NCBI GenBank assembly: GCA_964035545.1
Contig: OZ037767.1
Coordinates: 24,196,628-24,260,627, forward strand
Source of the DNA: Bugula neritina
Lineage: Eukaryota > Animalia > Bryozoa
Length of the DNA: 64,000 nt
Direction of reading: 5' to 3'
Shown here: piece after piece, positions 55,601-64,000 of the stretch
How positions within the stretch are numbered: the stretch's first letter is position 1
How the letters are laid out: each line of letters begins with the position of its first letter
Translations under genes and position numbers: made by a program
The notes under the pieces: model-generated
Database searches by the model: none
What the model was told of the DNA's origin: nothing
Seen by the model: the letters and a program-made list of their open reading frames with translations, nothing else

Positions 55601-58600
55601 GCTAAAAATATATACCAGGCAATAGTTATGGATGCAGTTTGAAGAACTTTTACTTTTAATTAAATATGTATAAGCTGTTACAAGTTCAACATGAGTGCCA
55701 TCTTGAAACCTTTGAAGAATTTGACGTGATATTTCTTTAGCAAGTGATGACCATTACTGAAAGGTCTAATTACTAACATAAATGTTTTATAGGTGTCAAC
55801 TAAAATACTGCATACATGCACTTGTTAACTTAGTGCCATCGATAGCTAGGATGAAAAATTTTAAATTCAAGCTAAAGGGACAGAAAATCAAATTAAATCA
55901 ATGTTTTTAAAAATTGTCTTTTGTTCTAAAAGCAAAACTATATCTATGTTAAAGCTGAACTCGCATCTACTGTAAGCCTAGGGCCACACTGTGCGTATTT
56001 TCACATGCGAAAATTAAAATCACAAGTAGCAAAGGTGTCTACTGTATGCGTTGAGAAAACATTCGCACTTGTCGCTCGGCATTCTCAACGCAAGTGCGAA
56101 TCGTCACCTAACTGGCTGGTAGTTATTCAGCGAGCCCAATTTCTTTATTTTAGTGCTACATTCCAGTAAATTACGTTCTATTGAAAGCGAGTGCTATTTA
56201 AAAATGAAAGCTTTATTTATCATGCATCACTGACGCTACAGTGGACACCTTTGCTACTTGTGATTTCAATTTTCGCATGCGAAAATACGCACAGTGTGGC
56301 CCTAGGCTAAGAGTTCACCCCGTGATCATGTAATTTGCTAACCTTTTTCAATATTTTCAGAAAACTCCCCTTTCCCACGCATTTTAAAGCAGATAAACAT
56401 ACCTCTGAGAAGGCCCATTCTTTCAGATCTTCAGCCAAGCCCTGATTTGTTCTCATTAGTTCCTCCTTAAGCTGAAGCTCACTTTCGGAGTTACTCATAG
56501 ACTTTCCATCAGCACCACCTTTGTCCTATGATCAAGTGTAGTTGGGAAATTGTAAACACATGTATTTTTATAGACATTCTGTTGTTTAATTATAAGTACA
56601 AACAACTCATTTGTGAGCTCCCATACTTATAATAAGGATGACCTGGCAAGTCATTTTCTCCTACATGTGGGTGATCTCCTCCTACCCCCCTTAGCAATAA
56701 GTTAGCATGGAAATTAAAAACTGAGCTTAAAAACTTTCTTTCTCTTGTTCAAAAGATAGTTTTCAACTTGCTGCTATTAAAAGCATTCTATTAAAACTGA
56801 AATGGTATAAAGCAGAAAACAAAATAGCAAATGGAATACTAATGTTCAGTGTTTTATCTATTCAGTGATCCAGCATTATTTATATTTAAGTGCTTTTAGA
56901 GTATTTCTCTGAAGGCAGTAAGTTATTTACAGTATCAAGTTCAACAGGCAATCAAATCTCAAATTAGAGTTTATACGCTGAACTATAGTGAAATGCAGTA
57001 ATGCAAAGTGTTCTTTCACAGTATGTAATGCATGTATAGCTGTTGCAACAGCAATTAATCTCTGGCAAATCTATAGTTTTGTACTCAGCTATTATCTAAC
57101 TTTTAACTTCATGCTAAAACATTTCATGGTTGTGTCTTTTTAATAAAACGTATCCGCGTAAGTAAGCTGTTAAGTAGAGATTCAACTTGTGGACTTCTGC
57201 AGTAATTGGCACACTTGGAGATCACGCCTTAGCAACTGCAGCTATTATGGATGCAAACTCTAATTATATTTATAATTACTACAGGAGTAGAGTTCACCTT
57301 ACAGCATATATAGTCACTTATCTTGTCCATTAAAGATAATGACACTAGGCAACTAATTGTACATTGGCCTTATCTGTCATGTGCTCTAAAACTTATTGAT
57401 TTACTAATAACTCTGCTATATATATAACAGTATATGTAACAGTGTTATGCGTCCCAAGAGGCTTGTAATATACACGCATGGGCTTCTCAAAGCGAGAATT
57501 TTTATTGAAAAATCATTTCAGTAACATTGAGAAGGTAATGCATCCTACACTCTTGGCTGTATGTTAGAGCTGTAATGCAATAGGCATAGTTTGATATTCA
57601 GCAATGCAAATGTTATAATCGATTTATTCCAAGGTGATAGCAGAAAGGTTTGAAGTTCTACTAATTACCTGATGGTGTGTAGGAAAGTTTATGACTACTT
57701 CACTTTTCTCATATTCAGTATCAATCGCAGATCAGTTACGTCAATATAAATTAGTAATATATATTGGCTAACATGGATGGGTATTATAAGATATTAATAT
57801 ACAGATACTGGCCTACTTATTCTATTATAATATAATATTATAGGTGATTTTGCTTTATTTTAATAAACTTTATAATGCATTATAGTATTCTATAAAAACA
57901 CTGTTTAATGACCAGATGTTTGTGTCCTTGCAATGATATGAATATATATACATTACACACACACGCACACACGTGCACGCACACGCACGCACACACACAC
58001 GAAAGGTGCTAACCTTGGCTTCCATATCAGCAATCTCAGCAAAGTTTGGAGTCATCTTTCCTTCCTTAGCCCCGTGCTCATAGTTGAAAAATCTTGACTC
58101 AGATCTCTTACTTAACGGGTCACTTTTCTTCTGCTCATTTTCAAAGTAAATTATCTCCCCTGCTCTTTTATCTGTAAAGATAGCAAATCATTATAGATTT
58201 CATCCTAATTTTATACAAATACAAATACAAATTTCCAAAGATTTCCAATTTATTTTGAGTATTGCTAAGTGATACCATAATAATATATTATAAAGTAAAA
58301 TGTCAGCTATGGAGTAGTCCAATTGCACAGTGCAAAGAAGGAAGAACATGAACAACTTTAGAAAATAAATAAAATATAATATAATGTATTATAAGCTGTA
58401 CTAAAGTGTTTACATTGTAAGCAAATAGAATGTAAGCAACTTGTCAACTGAGTTTAGATCTCTTCTAACATTTACTTTGCCCACTTTCTTTAAGTTTTTC
58501 TTGTCTATCAGTAAAATAATTATCAGAGCATGGTGGAACAGGTGAGTGGTTCATAAAACATGCAAGTATTTCTTCTACATGCATTAATAAGATTAGTCTT

Positions 58601-59609
58601 GGTACTCCTTTATATAAGCTGTAACTTTGCTTTTTTCATCTCAAAAGATCTCTGGTTAGTATACAGACATGTGTACTAGCAAAAGTCTCTAACAATTTGA
58701 TACGATAAACAATCAGTTTTAGATTGCTAATCAGTAAACATAACTTATTATATTGTCATAATAATATTTAAGCAATTATCAAGTCCAGATTACATTTGTT
58801 AACGCAGAAATTACTGATAAGGCTGTAAAATAGTGATTCAATTTTAGCACAAAACTTGTTTTAACTTAAAACTGTAATAGGTCTGTTTGAAGGAATAATG
58901 ACATGGACTGTCTGTTACTTTACGGATCTGAAAGCACCGATGTTCTGAAGGATATGGCTGTAATATGAATTACTAATTAAAACAAAATCAAGTGTTTTGC
59001 TGTGTGAAATGGCATAGTATTGATTTTCAATACACTGTCATCATGCACATAAATTACAGACCTTATATATGCCTGAGATAACATTGTATCGTATAACAAA
59101 ACATCTCTTACAGCTTTATGACATTTTAGGATTGCAGTTTACTGGAGATACTATGTTATCAAATAATAATGTGGCAGAGTTTTAGCTTGACCTCTCTGTT
59201 CCACGATCAATATCAACACCAAGCTTTCTTCCACACAAACAACATGCATTAACAATTTACTAATTATTTAAATAGAGAAGCTATGCTACTCCCTCAGCTA
59301 CAATTTAGTTTTCTAAAAGAAGTTTACCCATTTGAGGTGCAATTGATATGGCCTACTAGCCTCAGAATATATAAAACTTATCAAGTGTTACAAATGGCTA
59401 TAACAAGAGTCTCATAGAAGCTATCGTGTGCTTTTAAAAATACTTTGTTAAGCAATTTAAACATGTTTTATACAAGTTAGAGTAACCAAATAGATAGTGT
59501 GATTACCAATAGGGTTGGCTCTGCTTAGCTCTCCAAGAGAAGCTCCAAATCCATAGGTGCAGCAGGCTAGGCCAGCAGCTAATAATAGCCAGACATTCAC
59601 TAGTTTCAT
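52683..59609 (-). CDS. Secreted acidic granin-like / neuropeptide prohormone precursor, 436 aa, 8 coding exons
   Basis: Exons 59507-59609, 58014-58171, 56403-56525, 55241-55396, 54474-54690, 53996-54229, 53144-53294 and 52683-52851 join in frame (1311 nt). Signal peptide MKLVNVWLLLAAGLACCTYGFGA; cleavage sites KR, KR, RR, GKR, RKKR, KRR, KRK; Glu/Asp-rich; no Cys after the signal peptide; ends ...PGFVD-KRR-YSYNPYYYQ-KRK*. Confidence 0.82.
54347..54476. repeat. Degenerate ~36-40-bp tandem repeat abutting the donor of exon 54474-54690
   Basis: Three to four units of the form ttagttgttacct...caggtgtgagtg. Confidence 0.7.
55976..56307. mobile_element. PIF/Harbinger (Tourist-like) MITE, 332 bp, ~70-bp TIRs, TAA TSD
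   Basis: gcctagggccacactgtgcgtattttcacatgcgaaaattaaaatcacaagtagcaaaggtgtctactgta matches its near-perfect reverse complement ending at 56307. taa flanks both sides (55973-55975, 56308-56310). It lies in an intron of the prohormone gene. Confidence 0.9.
57955..58000. repeat. (CA/CG)n microsatellite
   Basis: acacacacacgcacacacgtgcacgcacacgcacgcacacacacac. Confidence 0.85.
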
Positions 59610-60123
59610 TCTACGGGAATAAAATGTCAACCAACAGTAAAATAAAAGCACATTTTCCTTCAACATATAGTCATTAGTGAGCTGATATGAAGGATATATT
59701 GAAGCAAAAATATAGCATGAATAAAGTAATTAATGTACAGTATGTTATGACAAATAATGACCAAATATGACAAAATATAATTTCTGCATATAATAAATAT
59801 ATGACTTGAAGGTTTCTCAAATTTTCTGGAAGCTAAAACAGAGCTTAATTTTAATTTACAACTATGATGTCACAACGAAAAACCTCTAGATGGAAAAGCA
59901 AATTATGTTTATGAACTTGAGTATATGCAACTTGTACTATAAAATATACAATATATAACTACATAATATGATATAACATAATTTGATTTAATGCAATGCA
60001 ATATACATTTGCAATGGAAAGTAACAACTACCATTACATTCAACATTATGATCGAATTAAGCAAACTTACACCAAAATATATCACAATGTAATTTACATG
60101 TAGATGTTATACAGATTATTCAC

Positions 60124-60280
60124 CTTGGTTGGTATGTTGTAGAATGTGGCTGGTATGGGAGTCACCAAGAGAGAAAGATAGAGTAGATGTATTCTATGAG
60201 TGAGGTGGGATCAGCTAATGGAGGGATTGCAATGAGCTGACATCCACTAACACCTGCGTCACAATATTGATTACCAATAG
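60124..60280 (-). promoter_or_regulatory. Putative 5' non-coding exon and promoter of the prohormone gene
   Basis: Donor caag|gtgaat at 60123; the ATG exon has an acceptor 1 nt before the ATG. Overlapping E-box CACCTG (60251-60256) and CRE-like TGCGTCA (60255-60261); CCAAT at about 60274. Confidence 0.4.
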
Positions 60281-61906
60281 TTAGTCTCAGCGGAGTCCAC
60301 CATCTTCTATTACGACACTAGGTTAGAGTTTCCTGCCTCTCTCTATGAATAGATAATGTGGCAAACCCATTGGGAGCTCTGGGTTTGCTTGTAAAACATA
60401 ATTATCAGCTTGTAACAGACTTATAAAAGGTGTGATATAAACAGGTAGTCTCATCTTCATTATATTATAAGGTGCATTACATAACAAAAACTAATAGAAT
60501 CTCACTAGCTGATGCTGCTTAATGGTCTTCTTAAGACTTCATCTGGAACCTGGAACAGTGCAGTAGGCTGATCAGCATAATCAAATTCTCTATTCTATAG
60601 CCAGAACACCTGAAAGCACCTGTTTTACCTGCACACGTGTCTAGGCCAAGATATTTGGTGACGGGTGACCTTATAACGGTTACTCTGTAAATCTGTGTTA
60701 GAAGAGCCTTACTTGAGAAAAATTAAATTAAATCAAAACATACAGAAAACAAAGTTTCAGAGCAGTTTGCAATGCTGTAATTATATTTAATTATAGGTAT
60801 GTTATAATGTCACACAGAGTTTACATCTTATTAGCTACAGTTAGTAGATATATGACTTCTATGGGAATCATGCATTTCCTTATTATTGTCATAGTCAGCA
60901 TCTATATATAATGCTTGTGTAGTTAAAGTGCTAAACTGTTAGTTGCTAGATTTCAAAGTGTTATCATTTTATATTCATAGTAGTTGTACCAAATAAATCA
61001 ACATGTAATACATTACAAGTCAGCACCATCTCATCAACATACCATTATAACAAGGTAATATGTTATATTTGCAGTAGCATCATTACTTTTGGGTGCGTTC
61101 AGCGAACATGGCTATCCTATTGCATGCTAAGTGAGTAGAAATATTATAGTTATACCAGTACAGATGGGAGAGCCAAGAATGGCGCATTTCTGCAATAGCA
61201 TCTGCTATACCTATATATACTACAGTACCTAATAATATATAGAATGTTTACTCATTATATATAAACACAACCAAATATAAGTTAGCTTTGTGTAGCTATA
61301 CTGCGTATATATAAATATGCAATTCTGAGCAGTTTTGGGGAATGTTGTATATTTAATCTTCAGTTGAAAGAAGTTGTAAAATGGCCAAAAATACTAATAA
61401 TAATAAAATATATTTGATAGTCAGTTACTAACAATACATATTTTTATGACAGCAATATTAGACTCATATTGTGTATCTTATACATTGAGACAGGAAAACA
61501 GTTTAGCAATTTTTTTGGTGTGAGTACACAAACAAAATGTTAAAACTTTTACATTCCAGGTATAAAAATAGGGTGTACAAATTTTTTGAGCATAATATGG
61601 GGTATATAGTTCAGTAAGGGTTATAGGAAATATCTAATCATATCAAAACGAGATACCACATGGGAAACATAATGCAATGATCAAGGTGACTAATATCTAA
61701 TTAGAAAAAACATTTCTTGTCAACAGCAATATGATTGTATTCCAGGGAGCATGGACCGAGCTGTGTTAAAAACTAACAATACATTCAAAAGAAGCTTTAT
61801 TTGATTATTCAGTACTAAAATAACTTTATCGGAAACTCCATGTCACCTTGCAGGTCATCGGCAACTTTAAAATAAGCAAAATGTTATCAGAAATTCATGC
61901 GCACGT

Positions 61907-63786
61907 CTAAAGTGTGGTAGAGGTCACAGGGTTTAGCCCGTGAACTAAAACAGTAGGTGGGAGGTCATTGGTAAGTTCAGTGAGTTGGGCTAAATAATCA
62001 TCAGAGAAACTTCTATTTGCAGGAGGCAGAGGGAGGTAGCAATAAACAACAGAGCTGCTTGAACTCTGTTCCTTAATCATTGTGTTGATATCTGCAACAC
62101 AAAAAAATATATATATATATCGTATAAATAATAATAATATAAATATATCGTATAAATAATAATAATATAAATATATTGTATAAATAATAATAATATAAAT
62201 ATATTGTATAAATAATAATAATATAAATATATTGTATAAATAATGCTGCAAATTACATAAAAAGAAAGGAAATTACATGATTGCGTGTTTATGCTACATG
62301 AAGATATGAACTGGCAGGAGATGCGTTACCAGACAGTGTTTATGCTACATGAAGAGATGAACTGGCGAGAGATGTGTTACCAGACAGTGTTTATGCTACA
62401 TGAAGAGATGAACTGACAGAAGATGTGTTACCAGACAGTGTTTATACTACATAAAGAGATGAGCAGGCAAGAGATGTGTTACCAGACAGTGTTTACAATA
62501 AACATGCCAAGCAGCATAATGCTGTGGGAATTAATTCTCCATGAAGAATTGTTTATGACAACAGAATCTGAAGTCAGCTGCAAGGTCAAGTGGTTGCAAT
62601 AAAACATTATATCTAAAAATTATCATATTGTGTGATTTGTGACAAAGACAAAGTGAAATATTATCTGTAAATTCCTCTGAGACTGAGTGATAAGCTGTAG
62701 TACCTGTCCAATGGCCAATATATTATATTAGAGAGTGGTAGTCTATGTTGTCCTATGGCACAAGTGATTGTGTGGAGTTCAACACAAAGAATGAAGATAC
62801 TGGCACAATAAAGAAAACTTATGACAGGTTATATGACTCTACTGCATATACAGATGAAAATTAAAAAGGTAAAATATATACAAGTAAAATATATACAGAT
62901 AATATACAGGTAAAATATATACGCATAAAATATATACAGGTAATATACAGGTGAACATGTAGTGGGTGTACAGGTAGCATAAATATCGGAAAAGCGAAAA
63001 TGTAGCATATAGGTAGTATAAAGGTAGCATACAGGTAGCATATAAGGAGTATAAAGGTAGTATAAAGGTAGTATGTGGTATAAGTATGACTGAATCACCT
63101 TGGATATATTCAGAGGGTAGAACTGGGGTGTCAAGTTGAGCCTGAGATCTTAAAGACGCAGGATAACGGTTGTCCACAATCTTTGACCAATCGATGGCCA
63201 CAATCTCCGCATCTATCCGTAGCTGGTTCAATATAACAGCCAACTTCCTCTTTTTAGTGTCTGTTTCCATCTCGTTACCTATCAACAGGAGAGAAGTCCA
63301 GTCTTATTTATGAAAAGGATTTATACAAACATATAAAATTCAATTTTATTTAAAATTAAATCTCAGAAGTCATTAGAAGTTGACACCAACTGAAACAGGC
63401 ACACATTTACATCTGTATAAGTGGTGCATGCAGCATTTAAGAAATTGTAATAAAATAAAGGAAACAATCATCTTAAATAAAAGAAATTAGATCATCAAAC
63501 CTTTGAAGTAAAAGTAAAATATAATTTCATAACTGGTGATGATATTTTCAAACCAGTAGACCTTAAAACAATTTTACTGAGTATTCACGCTATTAATGCT
63601 GATACAAGGAATCTTGACTTACTGGCGTGACACATGAACACCCGGAGAGAGGTGGACTGTTTCCACTTTTTCACCATATGAAGAACACAGGCTAATTGTA
63701 GCAGAAAGAGACAGCAGTTGTCCATATAGCTGGAGTTGTCAGGTATGAACATGTTCACCGGCCATACATCTATGTATGTCTTATTC
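61907..63786 (-). CDS. SLC12A9: Solute carrier family 12 member 9 (CIP1/CCC6)-like, last three exons; 5'-partial
   Basis: Exons 63623-63786, 63099-63278 and 61907-62091 are in phase. IDVWP..., LFLLQLACVLHMV..W...LRVF, L..LRIDAEI and YCYLPLPP...YLAQLTELTNDLPPTVLVHGLNPVTSTTL* match the SLC12A9 C-terminus (human ...LGPTLLVHGVTPVTCTDL). Confidence 0.92.
62113..62244. repeat. 28-bp AT-rich minisatellite (about 4.5 copies)
   Basis: gtataaataataataatataaatatat(c/t) at 62122, 62150, 62178, 62206 and partially at 62234. Confidence 0.9.
62285..62495. repeat. 51-bp minisatellite (4 copies plus a fragment)
   Basis: gtgtttatgctacatgaagagatgaactggc..gagatgtgttaccagaca at 62285, 62336, 62387, 62438 and a fragment at 62489. 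Confidence 0.92.
62850..63080. repeat. Degenerate short-period minisatellite (atatacaggtaaaat / ggtagtataaa)
   Basis: Visible periodic units; they generate spurious Y/L/I-rich ORFs. Confidence 0.7.
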
Positions 63787-63796
63787 CTGTAATTAA

Positions 63797-63904
63797 CATG
63801 ACACAAAGCATGACGCAATGCGTGACGCAAAGTGTGACATAGTGCATGACACAAAGTGTTACACAAAGCGGCATACAGAGTGTGACATAGTGCATGACAC
63901 TATG
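63797..63904. repeat. 12-bp minisatellite (9 copies)
   Basis: catgacacaaag/catgacgcaatg/cgtgacgcaaag/tgtgacatagtg... Confidence 0.85.
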
Positions 63905-64000
63905 TTCACTTTCAGCTGCTGGCAGTAAAATAATAAACCACGGAATATCCTTCTGATTCAGCACATTTTCGGACATGGATCATGAAAATGATTCCCTTGA

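Noticed and set aside
62285-62495. Regularly spaced repeats resembling a CRISPR array
   Set aside because: The units are contiguous 51-bp near-identical copies with no unique spacers, they lie inside a eukaryotic intron, and there are no cas genes.
62829-63134. Tyr/Leu/Ile-rich ORFs that look like membrane proteins (also the N-terminal parts of 61907-62251 and 63585-63866)
   Set aside because: They are translations of intronic minisatellites; the true exons are bounded by splice sites inside these ORFs.

Overview
AT-rich, intron-rich genomic DNA from an animal, probably an invertebrate; the species cannot be assigned from the sequence. It is not prokaryotic, and most ORF-track entries are exon fragments or noise. 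Four protein-coding genes lie in tandem on the minus strand, and I reconstructed them by hand from splice sites and reading-frame phase. (1) A giant RNF213/mysterin-like AAA+ ATPase/E3 ligase has about 70 coding exons from ATG 41415 and runs off the left edge just before where the canonical RING is expected. It carries an unexpected symmetric exon encoding an extra RING-like zinc finger right after the last AAA domain (8194-8385), a long acidic 8-aa-repeat insert, a GC-AG intron and a perfect kappaB site upstream. (2) A 15-exon micro-exon gene (44050-50116, exons 26-75 nt, almost invisible to the ORF track) encodes a 226-aa membrane-anchored coiled-coil protein I do not recognise. (3) An 8-coding-exon secreted, acidic, granin-like prohormone precursor (52683-59609, 436 aa) has dibasic sites, an amidation signal and a terminal YSYNPYYYQ peptide. 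(4) The 3' end of SLC12A9 (61907-63786). The window also holds two MITEs with TIRs and TSDs, tRNA-derived SINE remnants, a decayed hammerhead-like motif and several minisatellites. No database searches were possible; family calls rest on remembered motifs.
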